Virus record (IMG/VR): IMGVR_UViG_3300037333_000013
Location: 32,001 to 96,000 of that record
Reading direction: 5' to 3' (one strand)
DNA from: a virus
DNA: 64,000 bases
Positions 20,218 through 28,979 of this stretch are shown one piece after another. Each line of letters opens with the position of its first letter. Position 1 is the stretch's first letter. The notes under the pieces are model-generated. The model was not told the DNA's origin. It did not search any database and saw only the letters and a program-made list of their open reading frames with translations. A program made the position numbers and the translations under genes.

Positions 20218-21717
20218 TTAGATATTTATAATTGCTTCTGATAATGTTTTTACATTATTAGACGCTGTTGTTTGCTCATCGTAGTTTGCTATGACAGGAC
20301 TCATCGTTGAGTATGCATAAGTACTGAACGACGATACTTTTGTCCCTATTCCACCTACTGTTACCTCTACTCTTGCACCCATCTTATTGATGAGTATCCC
20401 TAATCCAATATCTCTTCCTTGCGACACCAATGGGAATACAGTTGTCTGTACCATAGACACAATTGCTTGGAACACTGTTACTGGATTCATACCATCCCTT
20501 GAGAACATCAAATGGTCGTTAATGAGGTCTACTACAACATTATTTCCTATGTTCATATTGGATACTGTGATATGCATCTCTGTTATTGCAAACTTCTTCA
20601 TAATTGGTTGTAGTGCATCGACAAACATATGGGCAGTTGTATCTAATATAGACTCACCACTATTTTCATCAGCATCATATAGATTACTTGCTACATTCGC
20701 GTTCGTTTCAACCAGGAGCATATTGTCATCTACATATCTTTCACCATTGATACCTATCTCGTTGAATAGTTCTACCAATGTATTGTATGTAAAACTCGAT
20801 GTACTGTCAAACATACGCTTACTCAACCAGTTGAAAAACGTGTTCATTACCAATTTTGGCTCGCTCACGTACGTTGCCGCTCTCGCACCTACTCTGTATC
20901 TATCTTCTTCTTTCATACCGTAGTCGTGTGCTAACGATATATTTGTGAGTGTTGTACCTAGTGACTCGATAGGATTGTTATGTTCCGATTTACTCTCTAT
21001 TGGTTTTGTATCGATAGTTGATACCACAGCATTGTCACCATTCATTCCGGATGCCATAAAGTCTAAACTTAAGTCTGTTGGTCTGATACTATACAACTTC
21101 TCATGTTTTCCCATAATCTCCATCTTCTCATAATCAAACTCTATTGTCGTTCCGTATGGATTAGACAATACATTATATGCCTCACTAAGTACATTGTTCT
21201 GATAGATAGAGACAGAGTCAACGATAAACTCTGTATTTGGGTCCAGTGTTCCTTGTAGTGTCTTATCTGCACCATAAGTATACCCAGAGATGACAGTCTC
21301 TTCTACCGTACACCCCATACCTTGTATTGGCGACTCATTTGTTGTAACGAGCGTAAGCTCAAACGCATAGCGTTTTCCCCATCCACCTTTAATCATTGCC
21401 TCTGATGCGAGTGGTGAATATTGGACAATGTTTGAGTAATTGTTCGATAAATTCTCTACTGAAAACGCATTCTCTCTAAATCTACTAAAGTCCTCTTGCA
21501 GTCCTGCCTTTGACATATCATCTAGCACTAGGTGTTTACCTCTACGGTAGTTCTTCGTAGCAAGTGTCTCAGTAAGTTCGAAACTCTTGATTCTCATTGT
21601 TCTGAGTTTTATCAAGTGTAAGTCGAATGTCTCTTGCACCATTGCTGTTTGCTCATCTAGTGTTGGCTGTGCTTGTTGTGTCATTTGATTATTTAGTTCG
21701 TTTAAGTATGGGTTCAT
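20218..21717 (-). CDS. Imp1/PicA (phiKZ gp69)-like protein; putative phage-nucleus import factor
   Basis: 499 aa immediately after the gp68-like gene; GGW..RY.F.L, ISGYT and RPTD motifs. Confidence 0.65.
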   Translation of the reverse strand: MNPYLNELNNQMTQQAQPTLDEQTAMVQETFDLHLIKLRTMRIKSFELTETLATKNYRRGKHLVLDDMSKAGLQEDFSRFRENAFSVENLSNNYSNIVQYSPLASEAMIKGGWGKRYAFELTLVTTNESPIQGMGCTVEETVISGYTYGADKTLQGTLDPNTEFIVDSVSIYQNNVLSEAYNVLSNPYGTTIEFDYEKMEIMGKHEKLYSIRPTDLSLDFMASGMNGDNAVVSTIDTKPIESKSEHNNPIESLGTTLTNISLAHDYGMKEEDRYRVGARAATYVSEPKLVMNTFFNWLSKRMFDSTSSFTYNTLVELFNEIGINGERYVDDNMLLVETNANVASNLYDADENSGESILDTTAHMFVDALQPIMKKFAITEMHITVSNMNIGNNVVVDLINDHLMFSRDGMNPVTVFQAIVSMVQTTVFPLVSQGRDIGLGILINKMGARVEVTVGGIGTKVSSFSTYAYSTMSPVIANYDEQTTASNNVKTLSEAIINI

Positions 21718-23228
21718 TATATTTCCTTTATGTGTTTGATATATCTGGCGAAGTCATTTCGCACATCTGGTGTTTGTCCCATATAGTCTTCTTGTACGTC
21801 TCTATATGGTTCTTCTAGTAGGTATGTATAGTGACCCAAGTTAATAGAGTCTGTCATCGCATTGATGACCTCTGTTATCTTGTCATCTTTACTCTTCTTT
21901 ACATATACTCTATACTCATTCGATAGCTCTTCTACTAGCTCTCTCTTTACAGAATATAATCGTATCGGCTTTGTAATTCTACCTTTACCTATCGTATATG
22001 TCGTATCCACTGACATCAACATATATTTTGCCATCGGTGCATGACCATTCTCTATTGCGTAAGCAGCAAACACAACAGCCATATTTACAACTTGTTCCCT
22101 CTCTAGTACAGGATAAGCTAATGGACTATCGTACGGTAATCCTAATATACGTTTTGTCATAGTGAGTTTTAATAAATTCACAGTGAACGGATGTAAGATA
22201 TGTGTACTGTCAAACATTGGTTCAGCCATCTTCAAGAATTTCTCAACAAGAGACATATCTTTTATGCCGAAGTCTTTTGCTAGTCTTGTTATATCACGAT
22301 ACTGTTTACGCATCACCTCGACTTTACCAGGGCTATATGGTGTTGCTTGTCTATATGTCTCAAAGATAGACTGTTCACTATCAGCATCACCAGTAGAAGA
22401 TGGTCCTTTCACAGTAAACTTATGCTCTGATTTCTTATTGCTGTTGAAGATGTTAGACACCAAGTAGTACATTCCACCAATGATGTTGCTATGTGATGGG
22501 GGGTTCTTAATGGTTGCATAAGTTGGGAATGTCTTGAATAAAAGCGTCCCTAACACATACTCTGTCACCTCTGTTGAACCAATGTTCTCTACCATAGTAG
22601 AGACTCGCATTCTATTCTCTTCTCCACCAGACGTCTTATCAATGTGTGATGTGATGAAACGTTCTAGTCTCAACATTGGCTCAGTCTGTGTGAACTCTTT
22701 ATACCCTCTCTTTAGGATAATGAACAATGCTTCGTGTGTGTATTGCTTAATCAACATATCCGTTAGTGGTATCAGCACTTTAGAAGCTATGACGATTGTC
22801 ATTAAGTCTATAAACTCACTCTTTAAATAAGTCTGGTCTCTAGACTCAATAGCGTTCTTCTCGTTATCCATATTGAATGTCTCTTTTAGTCTATCTGGTG
22901 CAGTCATTCCCTCCCTGAGTATAAACTCTTTAATCACAGTGATATCCATATAAGATAGTAACTCTCTCATATAGTATCCTGCTTTTTGTATATCAGCACC
23001 TTTGGATAACTCTTTCCACATCTGCTTGTAGACAGTCTCTATTCTATCGTTCAATTTATAGTGTTCTACAAACCGATTAAATAGTTCCAGCATCTCTGGA
23101 TTCTTTAGTAGTTTACTCTGGCTCTTTGCTGTAAATGAAGCGATAGAGAACAATGTTTCTGGATTATCGTTCAGATACGCCATATGTGAACTGTTCTCCC
23201 TTCCTAAAGCTAGTGTTATCAAATTCAC
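21717..23228 (-). CDS. nvRNAP promoter-specificity (sigma-like) subunit, phiKZ gp68-like
   Basis: RDQTYLKSEFIDL and SIFETYRQ....SPG match recalled gp68 motifs (DQTYLK.DY..L, SF.E.......PG); 503 aa; gene order. Confidence 0.82.
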   Translation of the reverse strand: MNLITLALGRENSSHMAYLNDNPETLFSIASFTAKSQSKLLKNPEMLELFNRFVEHYKLNDRIETVYKQMWKELSKGADIQKAGYYMRELLSYMDITVIKEFILREGMTAPDRLKETFNMDNEKNAIESRDQTYLKSEFIDLMTIVIASKVLIPLTDMLIKQYTHEALFIILKRGYKEFTQTEPMLRLERFITSHIDKTSGGEENRMRVSTMVENIGSTEVTEYVLGTLLFKTFPTYATIKNPPSHSNIIGGMYYLVSNIFNSNKKSEHKFTVKGPSSTGDADSEQSIFETYRQATPYSPGKVEVMRKQYRDITRLAKDFGIKDMSLVEKFLKMAEPMFDSTHILHPFTVNLLKLTMTKRILGLPYDSPLAYPVLEREQVVNMAVVFAAYAIENGHAPMAKYMLMSVDTTYTIGKGRITKPIRLYSVKRELVEELSNEYRVYVKKSKDDKITEVINAMTDSINLGHYTYLLEEPYRDVQEDYMGQTPDVRNDFARYIKHIKEI

Positions 23229-23281
23229 ATTTTCTCCTTTCTGAATTCGTTAGTTCTATTAGCTACTTAGAACTACACCAA

Positions 23282-23290
23282 AATAATATA
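23282..23290 (-). promoter_or_regulatory. Early promoter TATATTATT
   Basis: Exact motif upstream of the gp68-like gene. Confidence 0.75.
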
Positions 23291-23303
23291 CAAATTAAAA
23301 AAT

Positions 23304-23333
23304 ATTACATGTAGACCGAAGTCTACATGTAAT
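23304..23333 (-). terminator. Terminator after the major capsid gene
   Basis: 13-bp stem with a UUCG loop on the minus strand, then a U run. Confidence 0.85.
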
Positions 23334-23337
23334 TTAC

Positions 23338-25326
23338 TTAAGCGATTGCTTGGTAGTATCTAACGTTTTTCTTCGCATACTCTGCGATATCTGGTAACTC
23401 GATATCTAAGAAGATTGGAAGTGTGACGTGGTGTTTACCATAAGATACAGTAGTGATTTTTGATTTGTTATTATCAATACGTTCTGCAACAGCAACGTGT
23501 GATTTAACAAATGAACCTACTCTAAACCCAGCTTTCATTGGGTCACTCGGTGCACCAGATGTACCAATAGCCATTACAGCTCTTTTTGAGAACACTGAAG
23601 ATTCGTTTGACTCTAACTTAACAGGCATCCCGTTCACAGTAATGTCTGAACCAATAGCAGCTACGAGTGCCGGTGGAACGATAAGGACTGGATGATATGC
23701 AATACCACTAGCTTTCGCTACTCTGTTATATCTTGTTCTTGTTGTCATGTCTGCAAAGTGAACACCTAAGAAGTCTTCGAATGAAGTCTTGAATGCTTCT
23801 CTTTTGTCAGTTGACTTATCAGCATCTACCTGGTCATTGACTGAGAATGTTACTTTGTCGTAGTATGAATCAACAACTGCCATAAGTGGATATACGAATG
23901 CTGTTGGTGTTGTTGGTTCTCCACCCCCTACATATGATGCCATCTCTGCAAGTGTATTTTTGATTTTGATAATACCCCTTACAGTTGCTGAGCTGTATGC
24001 TAAAGAGATGAGTGCATTAACATCTAAGTTATCATTTATGTTCCCACCATTAAGAATGCTAGTATGTACACTCGCAACACTGAATGGCTCAATACCTAAC
24101 AGCTTTGTATGGTTCTTACTTACAAGTACAGGTCCCTCTTTTGCTAATGCTAAGTCTGAGATAGTTGCATCGTAGTATACACCTTTTGGCACAATAGTAG
24201 CGACAGCATCGACAATATCTTTTACTGCGGCATCATCTAATGAAATGATGTTTCCAGCTAAATCTCTGATAGCAACAAGTTTGATAGATGTTACGTTTGT
24301 AAGCAGTGGTGTTTTTAAGTTACCAGAACCAGAAACTTGGAACTCTAACTCTGCATTATATGTCATAGGCAATGTATTAAGGTTCTCAGTCTCAGTACCG
24401 TCATACTTTGTCATTGTTGCTAAGTTGAACGCACGTGTCCCACGAATGTTAAGGATAAGACCTTGTTCTTCTCCTTCTCCTTCTCCAGCAATGAATGTTG
24501 TACCATTCATACCCGCAAGATTGAATTTGATATAATCGATAACATCATTATCATCATCATCTTTTGTTGTAATCTCACAAGCAATAGCTTCTACTGATGG
24601 TAGTGTTGCGAGGATTGTTTCTGTTGTTGGAACACCCTCTGTAAGCATTACATCTGTCATAGACTCTGCAATAAGGTCTACATCTACACCTAGCTCTACT
24701 GGTGCTGTTTTGACTTCTTCTTTCGTTTGTGGGTGTACGATTGTTTGCTCGAAATCCGATACAGTATGACCATCATCATTCACAACTGGAATAAGTCTTA
24801 AATCATTGACTGCAAGTGGTCCTTCTACATCATACATCGCATTGATAATGGCGACTGATTCTGGTTTCACTGCTGTTCTTGTTCTACGTGTAGGACGTTC
24901 GATGTATGTTGTTGCAACAGATACTTTCATACCAGCTATGGCCGGGTCTACTTCAACTGTTGGGAAGAAAGCTTCAATAGAGCTATCTTGGTGTCTCTCA
25001 GAAGCATTTACTTCAAAGTTTACTGCGATGATAGCTGCAGGGTCACTATTGTCAAAGTTTTCTGTATCAATCCCTTTGAGACTTAACTCTTTGTCACCAA
25101 CAGCAATTTCATTCTCACCAACCTTTAACGGCTCAGAACCAACTTTTAACCCTTTTGCGAGAGAAAATACTTTCTTTGCTACTTCTTGTCTTCTCTGTGA
25201 ATTTGATTCACTTTCTGCATCCATCGTTGTTACATCAGCACCTGCAATGAGAGAAACTGCTTCATCTTCATCATGTACCGAGCCAATAGAGACAGCTTTG
25301 AGGTCTTCGAATCTTTCTTTTAACAT
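23338..25326 (-). CDS. Major capsid protein (phiKZ gp120-like)
   Basis: QDSSIEAFFPTVEVDP and C-terminal HHVTLPI motifs; acidic propeptide; divergent from DnaB as in phiKZ. Confidence 0.85.
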   Translation of the reverse strand: MLKERFEDLKAVSIGSVHDEDEAVSLIAGADVTTMDAESESNSQRRQEVAKKVFSLAKGLKVGSEPLKVGENEIAVGDKELSLKGIDTENFDNSDPAAIIAVNFEVNASERHQDSSIEAFFPTVEVDPAIAGMKVSVATTYIERPTRRTRTAVKPESVAIINAMYDVEGPLAVNDLRLIPVVNDDGHTVSDFEQTIVHPQTKEEVKTAPVELGVDVDLIAESMTDVMLTEGVPTTETILATLPSVEAIACEITTKDDDDNDVIDYIKFNLAGMNGTTFIAGEGEGEEQGLILNIRGTRAFNLATMTKYDGTETENLNTLPMTYNAELEFQVSGSGNLKTPLLTNVTSIKLVAIRDLAGNIISLDDAAVKDIVDAVATIVPKGVYYDATISDLALAKEGPVLVSKNHTKLLGIEPFSVASVHTSILNGGNINDNLDVNALISLAYSSATVRGIIKIKNTLAEMASYVGGGEPTTPTAFVYPLMAVVDSYYDKVTFSVNDQVDADKSTDKREAFKTSFEDFLGVHFADMTTRTRYNRVAKASGIAYHPVLIVPPALVAAIGSDITVNGMPVKLESNESSVFSKRAVMAIGTSGAPSDPMKAGFRVGSFVKSHVAVAERIDNNKSKITTVSYGKHHVTLPIFLDIELPDIAEYAKKNVRYYQAIA

Positions 25327-25384
25327 ATATAAATCCTTTAATGTCTGTGTATTATGTATAGTCGACTACACATCAAGTAATAAG

Positions 25385-25729
25385 CTAATCGTTCTGTGAC
25401 ATCATAATAAGATAGCATCGTTTTAACTCGCCTTTTTTCAGTGCCCGTATCTCTTCTATCTTACGATATACCTCTATGCTCATACCTCCATCACCAATCA
25501 TATTTTTATCCATTTCAAGTAGTGATTCATGAATAATTAGATTCACACCGTCTGTACTCAATAAGTTCTCATTTTCTGGTTTCTGCTTAAGTATACTTTT
25601 TGCACTCATCACGTTCCTTACATACGTTGCTGCATTGTCTATATGTTTCCTATCATACTTATTCAACTTCTCTATGTCGAAGTTTAGTTCTCTCATCAAG
25701 CCATACATACTCTTAGGTATCACTAACAT
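25385..25729 (-). CDS. Hypothetical protein (gp119 position)
   Basis: 114 aa, AAGGA SD, between DnaB and the capsid gene. Confidence 0.6.
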   Translation of the reverse strand: MLVIPKSMYGLMRELNFDIEKLNKYDRKHIDNAATYVRNVMSAKSILKQKPENENLLSTDGVNLIIHESLLEMDKNMIGDGGMSIEVYRKIEEIRALKKGELKRCYLIMMSQND

Positions 25730-25798
25730 ATTTATCCTTTTCTATTATTCAGTTAATCTCCATCTGATTCTGTTGTTTGAAAATTTAAAGGATAAACA

Positions 25799-27322
25799 AT
25801 GAATTCTGTTACACTTTTAGTAGATTGTATTCTACTGTTACTCTTAGAGAGTAAAGCAAATTTAGAGAACGAGAGTAGCCAGATGATACAGAAGTTACTA
25901 GATTATCAAGAGTCAACTTCTACACGATGGAATGTATCGGATGACAGTATCACGATGAAACTCTCTACCATTATTGCATCACTCTTATCTTCTGTAAATA
26001 AAGGTGAACCTATTGATGTGGATAGAACGGTGCGTATCTTAAAGATTGAAACTGCTACTACGAGTGATTTAGAGGGTGATGAAGATTTAAGAGATACCAT
26101 CTTAGATATGATTAAGTCTGTTGAGTCACTAGATGGTGATGAACTATACAGATACATTGATAATATTAGAGCTTCTGTTTCCGACGCTTATAACAATGAA
26201 GCACTAAAACGTTTCTTGCAGTCACAAACTATGGATATGAATAAACGAAACAACAGCAAGAGTTTTAGAGATAGGTTAGAGAGCTTGAGAGTTTACGTGG
26301 ATAAACTTGAAGATGGTTCTGGAGATAAAGATGACGCTATTCTATTTGAACTCGATTTGGACGACTTATCAAAACCAGAAGTGGTTGAGAAGCTTGAGTC
26401 TAGTATTGTTACAAAACATATCTTTAGAACTGGTTGGAAGGGCATTAACAGAATGTATCAGGGTGGTAGACGTGTTCCAGAGTTCTCTTCCGTTGGTGCA
26501 TTAACACACAACTATAAGTCTGGCTATCATCTCTCTATCTTTGCGAGTATTGTATTGTACAATAAACCTATTATGAGGGATAAAGGAAAGCCACTGGCGG
26601 TATACTTTAGCTTCGAAGATGATGTTATGCCTATCTTTGAGTTCTTATATCAATTGCTATACATTACTGAGACAGGTTCTGTACTAAAAGAGATTTCTGT
26701 TAAACCTGTTGATATGGTGCGAGACGTTGCTAAGAAGTTGCAGGCTAAGGGATTTGCTGTAAAGATTATTAAAATTGACCCTACAAGATGGTCTTATGTA
26801 TCATTTGTAAATAAGGTGAAGCGTTATATCGCACAGGGATACGACCCACAGATTGTCGATGTAGACTACTTTGAAAAACTCCCAACCACTGGCATTGATG
26901 CAAATGGTCCTATGGGATACGATAAGAAAGTACTTGTAAGGAAAGTCAGAAACTTCCTAGCTAGTATTGACGCGAGTGGGAGTACTCCGTGGCAGCTCTC
27001 TTCTAAGGCATCAGACTTAAAGAAAGATGGATTGACAGATAAAGACTTCTTATCATTCGTTGCACCAAAGCAATATTATCAAGGGAGTGCTACGTTAGGA
27101 AATGAAATGGATTTAGAGACATTTACCAATATCGTAGAGACAAACGACAATGGGTGTTGGCTTAATATTCATATGGGTAAACATAAAATACCGACAGTTG
27201 TAGATAAGAAGTACAAAAGTTACTTCCTACCATATCCACAAAATGGACCAATACCATTTGATATAGAGTTAGAAAATGAAATTGGTTCATATGATGTAAA
27301 AACACCAAATCCATTCTACTAA
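25799..27322 (+). CDS. dnaB: DnaB-like replicative helicase (phiKZ gp118-like)
   Basis: TGWKGINRM, GALTHNYKSG (Walker A variant), SFED, VDY, TPWQLS, GKHK. Confidence 0.88.
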   Translation: MNSVTLLVDCILLLLLESKANLENESSQMIQKLLDYQESTSTRWNVSDDSITMKLSTIIASLLSSVNKGEPIDVDRTVRILKIETATTSDLEGDEDLRDTILDMIKSVESLDGDELYRYIDNIRASVSDAYNNEALKRFLQSQTMDMNKRNNSKSFRDRLESLRVYVDKLEDGSGDKDDAILFELDLDDLSKPEVVEKLESSIVTKHIFRTGWKGINRMYQGGRRVPEFSSVGALTHNYKSGYHLSIFASIVLYNKPIMRDKGKPLAVYFSFEDDVMPIFEFLYQLLYITETGSVLKEISVKPVDMVRDVAKKLQAKGFAVKIIKIDPTRWSYVSFVNKVKRYIAQGYDPQIVDVDYFEKLPTTGIDANGPMGYDKKVLVRKVRNFLASIDASGSTPWQLSSKASDLKKDGLTDKDFLSFVAPKQYYQGSATLGNEMDLETFTNIVETNDNGCWLNIHMGKHKIPTVVDKKYKSYFLPYPQNGPIPFDIELENEIGSYDVKTPNPFY

Positions 27323-27331
27323 GGAAATCCT

Positions 27332-28084
27332 ATGTTTCTATTTAAAGACATTATTACACCAGACGTCTGTCGTAGACACACAGAGTTTCTCTATGTATAT
27401 GGTGATAATCTAAAGCACACAGGAACGGGTGGTCAAGCTATTATACGCGATGAGCCAAACAGTTTCGGAATACCAACAAAACATGAACCTACTCGTAGTC
27501 CAGCGGCATACTTCTCCGATAGAAGTGATGAAGTATCTGTTGTTGAGAGATATTTAAAAGAGCTTGATGAGATGAGTGATGGTGGTAGAGTCATTGTACT
27601 TCCTACTAACCCTGTTGGCACTGGCCTCGCTAAACTAGATGAGTGGTCCCCAAAGATAGCTAAAATGATACGCGATTGGTGGAGTAGCAAACCTAGATTA
27701 TACACGTCTAATTTCGCTAGTATAAAGAAAGACAGGTCTATTAGGGTGATTCCAATCACACGGTTTACACCTAAGTGGATTGATTGTGAATTTGAAATGA
27801 AAGAGTTATCTCCTAAATCACTCACTTTATTAAAGTATAAGAAAGGTGAGATTAACGATAAAGAGTATATCTATGCGTTTGATGATGTATTACGGGAGTT
27901 ACTACCACTAAACGTCATTGAGACGTGCATTGATAAAGATAGTGCGTTTACGTGCTTCTGTGGTAAGGGTGCGTTCTGTCATAGGCATCTAGTTGCTGAA
28001 TGGATTGAACGTGAGTTAGATATCATCATTAATGAGTTTGGGTATGAAAAAACAAAAAGAAAACTAGGTAAGCTGAGTAGATAG
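27332..28084 (+). CDS. Two-domain protein: macro-like phage domain (VYGDN..GGQA..GIPTK) fused to a DUF488-like domain
   Basis: N-terminal VYGDNL...G.GGQA, FGIPTK and GTGLA; C-terminal LYTSNF, LSP, C.C....FCHR.LVAEW. Confidence 0.7.
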   Translation: MFLFKDIITPDVCRRHTEFLYVYGDNLKHTGTGGQAIIRDEPNSFGIPTKHEPTRSPAAYFSDRSDEVSVVERYLKELDEMSDGGRVIVLPTNPVGTGLAKLDEWSPKIAKMIRDWWSSKPRLYTSNFASIKKDRSIRVIPITRFTPKWIDCEFEMKELSPKSLTLLKYKKGEINDKEYIYAFDDVLRELLPLNVIETCIDKDSAFTCFCGKGAFCHRHLVAEWIERELDIIINEFGYEKTKRKLGKLSR

Positions 28085-28104
28085 GGATTAATCCCTATCT
28101 ACTC
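28075..28104. terminator. 30-nt perfect palindrome between convergent genes
   Basis: GAGTAGATAGGGATTAATCCCTATCTACTC. Confidence 0.75.
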
Positions 28105-28249
28105 TCTTCTTCATCATCTGACTTATCAGAACCTTTCCATTGACAAACGTTGTCTGATGTGAACCTCTAGGAACCCACCCACCATCAACAGCCTCCTTTA
28201 GTCGTTTATTAAATTTCTCTATTGTGGTTGTCAATAATTGATATTCCAT
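28088..28249 (-). CDS. 53-aa DUF1737-like early protein (not in the ORF track)
   Basis: Hand translation MEYQLLTTTIEKFNKRLKEAVDGGWVPRGSHQTTFVNGKVLISQMMKKRVDRD; AAGGA SD; Y.LL....F..R....GW...G pattern. Confidence 0.7.
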   Translation of the reverse strand: MEYQLLTTTIEKFNKRLKEAVDGGWVPRGSHQTTFVNGKVLISQMMKKRVDRD

Positions 28250-28279
28250 AATTTATTCCTTTATTATATTAAATATTAT

Positions 28280-28338
28280 TCTGCATTACCAGATACAGGT
28301 CTATGTCTTCATACTATAATGCCTGACTATTATAGTAT
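28280..28338 (-). ncRNA. Candidate structured leader RNA, class B, copy 2
   Basis: 10-bp stem with AGUCAGGC loop, CAUAGACCUGUA, UCUG-GUAAUG-CAGA hairpin. Confidence 0.55.
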
Positions 28339-28342
28339 TAGT

Positions 28343-28426
28343 AATTCAATTACACCATAATAATATATAGGTAAAAAAAAAAGGCATACACAATGTCATA
28401 TGACATTGTGTATTCTATCACTTCTT
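28343..28426. repeat. Stop-terminator-early promoter cassette, copy 1 (about 83 bp)
   Basis: Nearly identical to 43178-43259; differs only in A-run length and one substitution. Confidence 0.9.
28359..28367 (-). promoter_or_regulatory. Early promoter TATATTATT
   Basis: Exact motif inside the repeated cassette. Confidence 0.75.
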
Positions 28427-28852
28427 GAACACGTTCAAAATACCACGTTTACTAATCACTACGCACATATCTTCTGTAATGAATCCGATACAACTCACCC
28501 TCTCCTTAAATCCTCTCATTGTTTTAGGTACAGGATAGAGTTCTACTCCTTTATCACTCATCTTCTCACCCCGTAATTTCATCTTTTTATTACTGTTTGA
28601 CCTAACTAAGTTAAACAATCTTATGATTATCTTCTCCTCTATGTATGATACTCTTACGTTATCTACTGGCTTGAAATCAATTACCAGTTTATCATTATTC
28701 AATCGTAGTATATAACGATTCCCATTTGGTGCTGTTAGTTTCACTTTTCCGCATTTGCATTTTACACTACAAAACTCTGATAGTGTCAAAATCGCGTTTC
28801 TTGTTTGTTCTGTCTCATTCTTAATTAATGTGTTAATCATTCTTATCTCCAT
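28418..28852 (-). CDS. Basic early hypothetical protein
   Basis: 144 aa behind a TATATTATT promoter. Confidence 0.6.
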   Translation of the reverse strand: MEIRMINTLIKNETEQTRNAILTLSEFCSVKCKCGKVKLTAPNGNRYILRLNNDKLVIDFKPVDNVRVSYIEEKIIIRLFNLVRSNSNKKMKLRGEKMSDKGVELYPVPKTMRGFKERVSCIGFITEDMCVVISKRGILNVFKK

Positions 28853-28898
28853 TACGTATTTTTGTTAAGTATTTCTACCGCAGCTGTTTATACATATC

Positions 28899-28907
28899 AA
28901 TAATATA
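28899..28907 (-). promoter_or_regulatory. Early promoter TATATTATT
   Basis: Exact motif. Confidence 0.7.
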
Positions 28908-28947
28908 TATATATATAAACATAAATACTATTGCTAGTTAATATTAC

Positions 28948-28979
28948 ATACTATACGTAGGAAGACCTACGTATAGTAT
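28948..28979 (-). terminator. Hairpin after the head-protein operon
   Basis: 14-bp perfect stem. Confidence 0.7.

Noticed and set aside
23338-25326. 662-aa ORF as a possible chimallin because of its size and proximity to the gp68/PicA-like genes
   Set aside because: Its motifs (QD..EAFFPT, HHVTLP), propeptide and position opposite DnaB fit the major capsid protein.
26495-26525. Non-canonical DnaB Walker A (GALTHNYKSG)
   Set aside because: This variant type is typical of phiKZ-like DnaB homologues, as far as I recall.
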